This document shows positions 19,727-27,381 of a stretch of DNA of 55,480 nucleotides, piece after piece. Numbering within the stretch: the stretch's first letter is position 1; each line of letters opens with the position of its first letter. Below the pieces are notes generated by a model. That model was not told the DNA's origin. It saw only the letters and a list, made by a program, of their open reading frames with translations, and searched no databases. Source of the DNA: Clostridia bacterium (GTDB lineage Bacteria > Bacillota > Clostridia > UBA1381). A program made the position numbers and the translations under genes. Location of the stretch: contig JAZQHZ010000293.1 in NCBI GenBank assembly GCA_045540855.1, positions 1-55,480 of the forward strand. The letters run 5' to 3'.

Positions 19727-20596
19727 TTATCCTTTTACTCCTCCAATCATAACACCCTTTACAAAATATTTTTGCACAAACGGATATACGCAGAGTATCG
19801 GTAATATAGAGAAGAAAATTGTAGCATATTTGATTGTTTCCGGAAGTGTAGATACATCTCCGGCAGAATTGGACATCTTTGTGTCGCCCGCAATTATTAT
19901 TTGTCTTAACACTACCTGCAACGGATATTTTGTCTTATCATCAAGCAACAAAAACGGCCATAGGAACGAATTCCATATTCCCACTGCGTAAAACAGCACC
20001 ATTGTTGAGACAATTGCCTTTGAGCACGGAAGAATTATAGAAAAAAACACTCTTAAATCATTCGCTCCGTCAACAAATGCCGATTCCTCAAGCTCTTTTG
20101 GCAGTCCCTCAAAAAATGACCGCATTACTGTAAGGTTATAAACAGAAACTGCACCCATAAGCAGAAATGACCACATTGAATTTAACAAGCCACACCATTT
20201 TACAACGAGGTATGTTGGAATCATTCCGCCTCCGAAGAACATTGTAAATACAAACATCTTATTAAAGAATTTCCTGAAAATCAGTCGCTTATTAGAAAGT
20301 GCATACGCTCCCAAAGTAGTAATCGCAACAGACAATGCCGTACCAACCACAACATACAGAATAGTATTACCATAACCGCTTATAATACTTGAATTTTTAA
20401 GAACCTCTTTATACGAGTCTAAACAAATACCTTTCGGCAGTAAAACAATATTACCTTTCATAACCTCCAGCGGATCACTTATAGACACCGAGAATATGTA
20501 AAGCAATGGATATACCGACACAATTATACTGAATATGATTATTACGCATTTTATTATTTCAAAAGCTGTGTCACCGTTAAATATTTTCTTAAACAC
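19727..20596 (-). CDS. ABC sugar transporter permease (LplC/YtcP-like)
   Basis: ORF track 289 aa. GTG start with an AAGGGG SD. Multi-TM protein. EAA loop: EESAFVDGANDLRVFFSIILP. Confidence 0.85.
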   Translation of the reverse strand: MFKKIFNGDTAFEIIKCVIIIFSIIVSVYPLLYIFSVSISDPLEVMKGNIVLLPKGICLDSYKEVLKNSSIISGYGNTILYVVVGTALSVAITTLGAYALSNKRLIFRKFFNKMFVFTMFFGGGMIPTYLVVKWCGLLNSMWSFLLMGAVSVYNLTVMRSFFEGLPKELEESAFVDGANDLRVFFSIILPCSKAIVSTMVLFYAVGIWNSFLWPFLLLDDKTKYPLQVVLRQIIIAGDTKMSNSAGDVSTLPETIKYATIFFSILPILCVYPFVQKYFVKGVMIGGVKG

Positions 20597-20611
20597 AATA
20601 TTACCCCTTTC

Positions 20612-21553
20612 TTACCATAGTGCTGTATCTGACAATTTGCGGGAAATCGCATTTGTCAAAATCACAAGAGTTGACGATATTAAAGACATAAACAAGCCGA
20701 TTGCAGCTGAATAACTATAGTTGCCTTTTACAATACCTCTTTCATATTCATATGTACTTATTACCTCAGATGCTGAAATATTTGCATCATTCTGCAATAG
20801 GAATACCTTGTCAAATCCAATTGTTACCGATCGTCCTACACTCATTATAAGAACAACCACAATAGTAGGTACAATCGCCGGCAAGGTTACATTCCAAAGC
20901 TTTTGCCAGCGGTTTGCACCGTCAACCGCTGCTGCGTCATAGAGTTCAACATTAACTCCGGTAAGTGCTGCAAGATATATTATAGTACCCCAGCCCGTTG
21001 TCTGCCAAATTCCCGAACCAATGTAAATTGTTCTGAAATATTTCGGATCGGCAATAAAGTTTATAGGTTTCCCTCCAAATAAAGTAATGATGCTATTGAC
21101 AATGCCGCCTCTCGGTGACAAGCAGGTCATTACCATTCCACACAGGATAACAACTGAAATAAAATGCGGGAAATAGCTTACCGTCTGTGTAAGCTTTTTG
21201 ATTTTTTCGTGTTTTATCTCATTTATAGCCAATGCCAGAATTATAGGCATCGGAAAATTCCACGCAGTATTAAGAATACCAAGCAGTAATGTGTTTTTTA
21301 ATACCGTAACAAAATACGGGTCACTGATGAATGCACGATAATGTTTGAGACCAACCCATGTGCTTCCGAAAACACCCTTAAAAGGGCTGTAATCCTGAAA
21401 CGATGTAACGAGTCCAAACATCGGCCAGTATTTAAATATTATAAAATATAACACACACGGCAAAATCATCAGGAGCAGATACTTGCTATCCGCCAGACGT
21501 TTTTTTAAGCTTTTCTTATTTGTCTGAATTTTATCCTTCTGTCTTTTTTTCAT
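20612..21553 (-). CDS. ABC sugar transporter permease (LplB/YteP-like)
   Basis: The ORF track extends to a TTG at 21607. I prefer the ATG at 21553 (MKKRQKDK...), which is preceded by GGAGAAGATGTG. The basic N-tail followed by LLMILPCVLYFIIFKYWPMFG is typical of LplB-type permeases. EAA loop: YDAAAVDGANRWQKLWNVTLP. Confidence 0.85.
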   Translation of the reverse strand: MKKRQKDKIQTNKKSLKKRLADSKYLLLMILPCVLYFIIFKYWPMFGLVTSFQDYSPFKGVFGSTWVGLKHYRAFISDPYFVTVLKNTLLLGILNTAWNFPMPIILALAINEIKHEKIKKLTQTVSYFPHFISVVILCGMVMTCLSPRGGIVNSIITLFGGKPINFIADPKYFRTIYIGSGIWQTTGWGTIIYLAALTGVNVELYDAAAVDGANRWQKLWNVTLPAIVPTIVVVLIMSVGRSVTIGFDKVFLLQNDANISASEVISTYEYERGIVKGNYSYSAAIGLFMSLISSTLVILTNAISRKLSDTALW

Positions 21554-21611
21554 CACATCTTCTCCTATTTTATATATATATTTGCACAGCAATCGGCTGT
21601 AGTTCAATTAT

Positions 21612-21640
21612 ATTTTACAACATTTTTACTATATTGTAAA
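21612..21640 (-). promoter_or_regulatory. Predicted sigma-A promoter of the module-1 ABC/regulator/lyase operon
   Basis: Minus strand: TTTACA (21640-21635), a 17-nt spacer, then TAAAAT (21617-21612). It lies ~55 nt upstream of the ATG at 21553. AT-rich context, so false positives are possible. Confidence 0.45.
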
Positions 21641-21924
21641 TCGTCAAAAAGCTATATTTGCCCCGTAGTTTTTTTGCTATTGCATTGATTTTCTTCGGTT
21701 TTATCCGCTTTTTTTCATTTTCGCACACAATCTTTTTATGTATTTTTTATTTTAAATTATGATAGCTTTGCCTATTTTTATAAAAAAGCGTTAAGCATTT
21801 CACCCAAGAAGGGATTCCCGGATTCGACAAAGAAAATGAAGCTTTAATAAGTATACTACCCTTCTCTATTAACTACTCTTGTTCCTTGCAGGACATATTA
21901 TCGCTCGTACATATTAACTCTTTT

Positions 21925-21985
21925 AAAAACAAAAAAATCTCTCGAAATACAGCTTGTGTTGAACTGTGCTTCGGGAGATTTTTTT
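21925..21985 (-). terminator. Candidate bidirectional intrinsic terminator downstream of the methyltransferase operon
   Basis: Arms atctctcgaa (21937-21946) and ttcgggagat (21970-21979), plus an inner acag/ctgt pairing. Flanked by an A-run at 21925-21936 (a T-run on the minus strand) and a T-run at 21980-21985. On the minus-strand RNA one C.A mismatch interrupts the stem. Confidence 0.4.
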
Positions 21986-22021
21986 ACAATATTTTTTTAG
22001 AAAGCTATTTTGTTACATCTT

Positions 22022-22061
22022 CTTATAGATATATTAGATTTAATAATAATATATCTATAAG
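22022..22061. repeat. Perfect 13-bp inverted repeat with a 14-nt spacer in the intergenic region
   Basis: cttatagatatat (22022-22034) and atatatctataag (22049-22061) are exact reverse complements. No adjacent T-run on either strand. Confidence 0.6.
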
Positions 22062-22145
22062 GGGATGTGCAAATTAAATTTACCTATCCTTCTAAACCGT
22101 TGACAAATTGGTCAGACCACGCATAACAAAGAAAAAGAATTTATT

Positions 22146-23249
22146 TTATCGTATGCCACATTTTGCAAGTATTTCAATTGCATCTTCTTTATTTTTGGCA
22201 TCAATGCTGTATGATATACCGGTTGAATATTTTTCAAAGTCCATTTTTTCAAAATCGTTATGTGTGAGCGTATATCCTACAACAGTTTTTTTCTTATCAA
22301 AGACTTCAGGAGCAAGGAAATCAAGATATTCTTTTCCGAAAACTAAGTTTGGCATATGACCGAAGTTTAATGCTAATATATTATCCGACTTTGCCATATC
22401 GAAGATCCAGTGATCGGCTCTTCCGCAGAAGTGCATAGAGGCTGGACCGAACTCATTAAATATAATATCATCGTATGTCATAGAAAATTCTTTATACATA
22501 TCGGATGATAAATTAACAGCTGAATCGTTTCTTAAAAGAATTCTTCCGGGATATAGCTGTTTCCAGTGGAAGTTAAATCCATCTGTTTCATCGTTAAGAT
22601 ATGGCTTTACTTTCTTCATTCGATCTATATACGTTTCAGTTACTAATTTTAAAAGCTCATGAACTAAATCAGGATCCTCATACATATCTATGTATATATC
22701 TGAACCGTAAATAAGATGAGCCGCATCAAGCGGACCCTGAAGGTCGGGATGGAACAGGCGGATTGTTTCCTGGCATTTTGGATATTTTGAAAGCGTTTCC
22801 CTGTAAAATTCATATGTTTCAATAACCTTTTGCCCGAAACCCGTTTTCCAATCCGGGACACCCTTAGATATTATTTCTTTAATGGTATCCTTTGAAACGT
22901 GTTCTACCCAAGGCATATTTCCGGCTACAATCTGTGACTTCAAACCGAACGCAGAAGGAAGAGTTCCAACACCGTAATTGGCACGAATCATTCCGGCAAG
23001 TGAGGTGTCTTTAACCTCAAAGGTTGGTATACACGGAAGTAATTCATTGAACATCATTTTGGCCATATCATTATGAGTTTCTTCCATAGAAAAAGGTTTA
23101 AAGTCATTAACAGGATATGCCGTGTGAATACAAATCCGGTCTGTTTTTTCAAAGTTTAATGTGCGTTTTTGCAGTTCAATTACGCTTTTATAATAATCAA
23201 CATCTATTATTTCTTCAAGATAATTCAAAAGTCTTTCAAGCTCTTTCAT
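22146..23249 (-). CDS. Divergent uroporphyrinogen-decarboxylase (URO-D)/MtaA-superfamily protein, candidate corrinoid-dependent methyltransferase
   Basis: ORF track 367 aa. AAGGAG SD. URO-D-like landmarks: HPDLQGPLDAAHLIYG, DPDLVHELLKLVTETYIDRMKK, LLRNDSAVNLSSDMYKEF, MHFCGRADH. No signal peptide. Confidence 0.6.
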   Translation of the reverse strand: MKELERLLNYLEEIIDVDYYKSVIELQKRTLNFEKTDRICIHTAYPVNDFKPFSMEETHNDMAKMMFNELLPCIPTFEVKDTSLAGMIRANYGVGTLPSAFGLKSQIVAGNMPWVEHVSKDTIKEIISKGVPDWKTGFGQKVIETYEFYRETLSKYPKCQETIRLFHPDLQGPLDAAHLIYGSDIYIDMYEDPDLVHELLKLVTETYIDRMKKVKPYLNDETDGFNFHWKQLYPGRILLRNDSAVNLSSDMYKEFSMTYDDIIFNEFGPASMHFCGRADHWIFDMAKSDNILALNFGHMPNLVFGKEYLDFLAPEVFDKKKTVVGYTLTHNDFEKMDFEKYSTGISYSIDAKNKEDAIEILAKCGIR

Positions 23250-23324
23250 TTTTTACACTCCTTATATTTAATATAAAATTCCACCAAAAAATGTTACTGT
23301 GTTTTCAAAGCAAATCTCTGAAGC

Positions 23325-24326
23325 TTATTTATAAAAATCATCTACTGCTTTAAAAAATGAGTCAATATTATCCCAACTGCTCAGATGAGGAATATCGCAT
23401 CCGGATGAAATCACAAAATTTGAATAGCCCGAGCATTCCTCCAGAAGCTTTGTTGTTTCCCTGTATATGCTTGCTGCACTTCCTTGCCTGAATTGCTGAG
23501 AGGGACTTATATTACCCATTGCAACGGTATTTTCAGGAATGTGTGTCAACATTTCACTCATTTTTATAGAATCGCCAAAATGATATGCACTGCATCCTGT
23601 TGAAAGGATTGAATCAATCATATAAAGTGCATTATCACCGCAGTTATGATAAATAACAATAAAATCATCTGTCTGAACTGCCTGCGCTATTTCCTTTACA
23701 TATACCGAGGAAAATTCATCTGCAAGAGCAGGTGAAAGCATACCTGCTAATGGCTCAGCCATTACAACGCCGTTTGCACCGGCTTTTTTGTATTCATTAA
23801 TGTAATTAACAAGAAATTCTGTGACTTTTTTTAGTGTGATATGGACCATATCCGGGTCATCATAGCAGTTAATCATTGCTTCGCTCACATCCATAAGCCT
23901 ACCGGCAAGCGAAAAAGGACCTATAACGCCTGCAAAAACAGGTCTGTCCTGTATCAGCAAACAAGCCTTTCTTATAGCTTCAATGTAAATCTTACATCGT
24001 GCACTGTATACGTCAGGTATAACAAGGTTTTGAGCATCTTCTTCTGAATTAACAACTGAACCGATAACTGTCGGTATTTCATCCTCAGAGAATCTTATTT
24101 GTGAACCGAATGCCTCTGCTTCCAAAGACAAATCCATAAGACTTACAGAAGCCAGTGAAGGAACCCTGTCGCATATAATTTTCATTGCATTTGCCTGCAA
24201 ATCACTGCTTGAAATTAAGTCCTTCACAGAAATATCCATTAAGCTTATTGCCGGAAAAGAAAGAATCGGCATAGCTTTTTTTGAGGGACTTTTGATTATT
24301 TCATCAAGCCATCTTTTCATATTCAT
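23325..24326 (-). CDS. URO-D/MtaA-family methyltransferase (methylcobamide-type)
   Basis: ORF track 333 aa. AGGAGG SD. Motifs: PILSFPAISLM..., EAEAFGSQIRF, VFAGVIGPFSLAGRLM, DDPDMVHITLKKVTEFLVNYI, GANGVVMAEPLAGMLSP, IVIYHNCGDN. Confidence 0.8.
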   Translation of the reverse strand: MNMKRWLDEIIKSPSKKAMPILSFPAISLMDISVKDLISSSDLQANAMKIICDRVPSLASVSLMDLSLEAEAFGSQIRFSEDEIPTVIGSVVNSEEDAQNLVIPDVYSARCKIYIEAIRKACLLIQDRPVFAGVIGPFSLAGRLMDVSEAMINCYDDPDMVHITLKKVTEFLVNYINEYKKAGANGVVMAEPLAGMLSPALADEFSSVYVKEIAQAVQTDDFIVIYHNCGDNALYMIDSILSTGCSAYHFGDSIKMSEMLTHIPENTVAMGNISPSQQFRQGSAASIYRETTKLLEECSGYSNFVISSGCDIPHLSSWDNIDSFFKAVDDFYK

Positions 24327-24372
24327 ATAATTTTTCCTCCTGTAAGATTAATGGTATCAGTGAAATAACGCC

Positions 24373-24401
24373 TTGAATATTTTCGTTGGTAGTGGTATAA
24401 T
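24373..24401 (+). promoter_or_regulatory. Predicted sigma-A promoter for the PocR-AraC and corrinoid-protein operon
   Basis: TTGAAT (24373-24378), a 17-nt spacer ending in TGg, then a consensus TATAAT (24396-24401). This leaves a ~150-nt leader before the ATG at 24557. Confidence 0.55.
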
Positions 24402-24426
24402 TAATATAGAATCACCTACTGTATCT

Positions 24427-24455
24427 ATATTAACAAATGTTGGTGATTTTTGCAA
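24427..24455 (-). promoter_or_regulatory. Predicted sigma-A promoter for the two URO-D methyltransferase genes
   Basis: Minus strand: TTGCAA (24455-24450), a 17-nt spacer ending in TGt, then TAATAT (24432-24427). It faces the plus-strand promoter at 24373-24401. Confidence 0.45.
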
Positions 24456-24556
24456 TGACAATCAAGCAAAAAAGCAAAATTTTACAAAAAATAATAATAA
24501 AATCATAGATAAAAATATGAAATGAATGTAATATATAAGAGAAGGGAAGAATTGCG

Positions 24557-25702
24557 ATGCACGATATAATAGAAAAATATAAAAAGCATATATCTGCACT
24601 TTGGGAAGTTAATTGTAATTTGCTTGATGCCAGATTAAAAACATTTGGAGAACAGGAAATGTTCTGCAAGAAGTGTCCCATAGGGTGTGATTTTGTAAAT
24701 ACTCATTTATATGGCTGTTATGAGTCTGTAAGATGGAATAATAAATACATTTATTACTGTCCGGGTGGATTTACATTTGTAGCAGTTCCTATCAGAGAAG
24801 ATGAAGATATTGTAAATAAAGCAGTAATAACAGGTCCTATTTTGATGGGAGATATTGAGGATATTGAAAATTCATATGGACTGCCTTATTTTGAAACAGC
24901 AAAGGTTAACGATCTTGCGGAGGTCGTATCTGCCGTTTTTGCACCCAGACTTAAATGCAATTCTGTAATATCTACCTCAGAAGAATTTCTTAATACTATA
25001 TATAAAGAGCTGGAATCGTACGAAAATTATAAAAGTTACCCTATCAGCCTTGAAAGCGAATTAAAAAGTGCTGTGCTTGAAGGCGACGGGCTGCGTGCAA
25101 AAGAAATAATCAACAAACTATTAGGACAAGTGTTTTTTTATTCAAATAACGATTTTGCAATAATAAAAACACGCGTTCTGGAATTGATTATTCTTTTATC
25201 ACGTTCTGCAATTGAAGGCGGTGCAGATGTTGAGCAGATATTTGCCCTTAACAATACCTGTGTCAGAGAGATAGAAAAATATACAACACTTGACAGATTA
25301 AACATATGGCTCATTGAAGTAATCAACAGATTTGTAAGCTACGTGTTTGAGTTCAATGACGTAAAGCACGCTGATATTATTTATAAAATCATCTCGTATA
25401 TTAAAAGTAATTATATGAAAAGGATAACTCTTGAAGATATTGCAGAGCATGTATACTTCAGTAAGACATATATAAGCAGGATTTTTAAAGAAGAAATGAA
25501 TGTGACGCTTTCAAAGTACATTAATAAAACAAGAATAGAGAAAAGTAAAATTTTATTGCTTGACTGTTCGCTTTCTTTAACTGATGTTGCAACTCTTGTC
25601 GGATTTGAGGAACAGAGCTATTATACGAAAATTTTCCGTGGTTTTACGGGTATGTCTCCGGGCAAATACAGAGAAAAACACGGTATTAATAAAAACATTT
25701 AA
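24557..25702 (+). CDS. PocR-type sensor domain fused to an AraC-family HTH transcriptional regulator
   Basis: ORF track 381 aa. The N-terminal Cys-rich segment FCKKCPIGCDFVNTHLYGCYESVRWNNKYIYYCPGGFTFVAVPI matches the PocR pattern (FC..C...C...Y.C..G...A.PI). C-terminal AraC HTH: ITLEDIAEHVYFSKTYISRIFKEEMN...LTDVATLVGFEEQSYYTKIFRGFTGMSPGKY. Confidence 0.75.
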   Translation: MHDIIEKYKKHISALWEVNCNLLDARLKTFGEQEMFCKKCPIGCDFVNTHLYGCYESVRWNNKYIYYCPGGFTFVAVPIREDEDIVNKAVITGPILMGDIEDIENSYGLPYFETAKVNDLAEVVSAVFAPRLKCNSVISTSEEFLNTIYKELESYENYKSYPISLESELKSAVLEGDGLRAKEIINKLLGQVFFYSNNDFAIIKTRVLELIILLSRSAIEGGADVEQIFALNNTCVREIEKYTTLDRLNIWLIEVINRFVSYVFEFNDVKHADIIYKIISYIKSNYMKRITLEDIAEHVYFSKTYISRIFKEEMNVTLSKYINKTRIEKSKILLLDCSLSLTDVATLVGFEEQSYYTKIFRGFTGMSPGKYREKHGINKNI

Positions 25703-25719
25703 TAAAGGAGACTTAAGAA

Positions 25720-26358
25720 ATGAGTATTTTAGAAGAAATCAGCACATTGTTACAGCAAGGAAGAAGCTCTAAGGTAAAGGAAGCGGTGAACGAAGCTCTT
25801 GAAAATGGAGTTTCACCGAATGAAATTCTTGAAAGCGGGCTTATGGCAGGAATGGCTATTGTAGGCGAAAAATTCAAGAACAATCAGGTTTTTGTGCCGG
25901 AAGTACTGGTCGCTGCCCGTGCAATGAACACAGGTATAGAAATTTTAAAGCCATATATGGTTATGGCTGAAACGAATAATAAAGGAAAAATAGTTATAGG
26001 AACCGTAAAAGGAGATTTACACGATATCGGAAAGAATCTGGTTAAAATAATGCTGGAGGCTAACGGACTGGAAGTTTTTGATCTTGGTGTTGATGTGGCA
26101 TCCGAAACCTTTGTCGAAAAAGCAATGGAGCTGAACGCTGATATTATTTGCTGCTCTGCACTTCTCACAACTACAATGGATGAGATGAAATTGGTTGTTG
26201 AAAAAGCAGTAACTGCCGGAATACGTGATAATATTAAAATTATGATAGGCGGTGCACCGGTTACACAGGAGTTTTGTGATAGCATAGATGCGGATTATTA
26301 TACCTCAGATGCACCAAGTGCAGCAGACATGGCATTGAAAATCTGCAGTGGGATGTAA
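25720..26358 (+). CDS. Corrinoid (cobalamin)-binding methyl-carrier protein, MtaC/MtbC/MtqC-like
   Basis: ORF track 212 aa. AAGGAGA SD, 17 nt after the regulator's stop. The N-terminal helical cap is followed by a Rossmann domain with the full B12 signature: GTVKGDLHDIGKNLV (DxHxxG), CSALLTTTM (SxL), IMIGGAPV (GG). Confidence 0.9.
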   Translation: MSILEEISTLLQQGRSSKVKEAVNEALENGVSPNEILESGLMAGMAIVGEKFKNNQVFVPEVLVAARAMNTGIEILKPYMVMAETNNKGKIVIGTVKGDLHDIGKNLVKIMLEANGLEVFDLGVDVASETFVEKAMELNADIICCSALLTTTMDEMKLVVEKAVTAGIRDNIKIMIGGAPVTQEFCDSIDADYYTSDAPSAADMALKICSGM

Positions 26359-26386
26359 ATTGGGTACCCAACTAACCCTTTCATAA

Positions 26387-26426
26387 ATATGCACCTTGAA
26401 ATTCTCGAGGTGCATATTATTTTTTA
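26387..26426 (+). terminator. Intrinsic terminator of the corrinoid-protein operon, at the convergent junction with the minus-strand AraC gene
   Basis: Perfect 10-bp stem atatgcacct (26387-26396) / aggtgcatat (26408-26417) with an 11-nt loop, followed by tattttttatt on the plus strand. It overlaps the stop codon of the minus-strand gene by 1 nt. Confidence 0.75.
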
Positions 26427-27262
26427 TTGTTTAATTTTTTAAATAGCGATGGTGTTACACCAATATATTTCTTGAAAATCGAGGTGAAATATTTAATATC
26501 ACTGTAGCTTACCTTCGAGGCTATGTCCTCCAATGACATTTCCGGATAATTAGTCAGCAAATCACACGCAATCTGCATTCTTGTACTTTGCAGGTACTCA
26601 GAAAACGTAAGCGATGTAAGCTGTTTAAACCGCCTGCTTATATATGGCAAAGAATATCCCAGTTCAGCACTCAGCGCAGAAAGGCTTATATTCTCGTCAT
26701 AATGCTCATATACATATTTTTCAATATACTTTACAGGAGATTTATCAGTATTACTTGATTTTACACTGCATATGCTGCGCATCGCCTGTATTATAATCTG
26801 CATCACCAGCAACCGTGCATAATCTTCATACCCGATTTTTTTGTTTTCAATTTCATCTTTTACTTGTAATATTTTTTCCCGGACATCATCATTGTGATAT
26901 ATATAATGCAACGGATCTGCAGGAATCAAAGCATAATCGTCATTAAAACCTATTTTTTTATAAAGCTCTTTGACTGTTTTTATCTCTCTGTATCCTCTGT
27001 CCAGAAATTTCGGTTTAAATATCAGATTCAGAATTTCAACGTCGCCATCATAATAATGCGACGCAGTAGTGTCTATAATCATATAGTCACCGGCAGTAAT
27101 TCTGTATCGTTTACCATTTATAAAATGATACCCTTCACCATTTGATACGTATGCTATCTCAAAAAAGTTATGCATATGCTCATAGCTTCTGTTATTATAT
27201 ACATATTTCGAAACAGATATATCCTTATGCTGGAAAAAGCATTCGTCACTATAATAGTACAT
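26417..27262 (-). CDS. AraC-family regulator with N-terminal cupin sensor domain
   Basis: The ORF track extends to a GTG at 27310. I prefer the ATG at 27262 (MYYYSDECF), which has an AAGGAAA SD. Cupin segment: HMHNFFEIAYVSNGEGYHFINGKRYRITAGDYMII. HTH: LPYISRRFKQLTSLTFSEYLQSTRMQIACDLL...YSDIKYFTSIFKKYIGVTP. Confidence 0.85.
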   Translation of the reverse strand: MYYYSDECFFQHKDISVSKYVYNNRSYEHMHNFFEIAYVSNGEGYHFINGKRYRITAGDYMIIDTTASHYYDGDVEILNLIFKPKFLDRGYREIKTVKELYKKIGFNDDYALIPADPLHYIYHNDDVREKILQVKDEIENKKIGYEDYARLLVMQIIIQAMRSICSVKSSNTDKSPVKYIEKYVYEHYDENISLSALSAELGYSLPYISRRFKQLTSLTFSEYLQSTRMQIACDLLTNYPEMSLEDIASKVSYSDIKYFTSIFKKYIGVTPSLFKKLNNKK

Positions 27263-27381
27263 AGTTAGTTTCCTTATATTTATATATTCAAAGTCTCTGC
27301 TGCAAAGCACAAAATCCGATATTCAGGGAGAGATAGTTTTCATGAATTAATATCGTTTGCAACAGAGACCTTGCGGCAAAA

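Noticed and set aside
21554-21607. N-terminal extensions in the ORF track (20612..21607 TTG start; 46672..47652 TTG start; 26417..27310 GTG start; 31714..35139 ATG)
   Set aside because: Internal ATGs at 21553, 47619, 27262 and 35091 have proper Shine-Dalgarno sequences and give canonical N-termini (a basic tail, a signal peptide). The 47652 start would also overlap the upstream gene. 35139 remains possible but has a poorly spaced SD.
21812-21825. Direct repeat GGATTC-cc-GGATTC as a possible AraC operator
   Set aside because: It is only 6 bp per half-site and lies ~175 bp upstream of the predicted -35, and I found no matching motif upstream of the module-2 promoter.
22146-24326. Interpreting the two URO-D-family genes as haem-biosynthesis hemE
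   Set aside because: There are two tandem divergent copies next to a corrinoid carrier protein and a PocR regulator, with no other haem genes. This context is typical of MtaA-type methyltransferases, not uroporphyrinogen decarboxylase.
24437-24508. 23-codon upstream ORF (MLVIFAMTIKQKSKILQKIIIKS) in the same leader
   Set aside because: It has no Shine-Dalgarno and a composition-driven Lys/Ile-rich sequence. It is probably fortuitous in AT-rich DNA.
24402-24556. Possible cobalamin riboswitch in the ~150-nt leader of the PocR-AraC/corrinoid operon
   Set aside because: The leader is extremely AT-rich. I see no B12-box-like GCCACTG core and none of the GC-rich paired elements expected. Only a weak aatcacc/ggtgatt hairpin is present.
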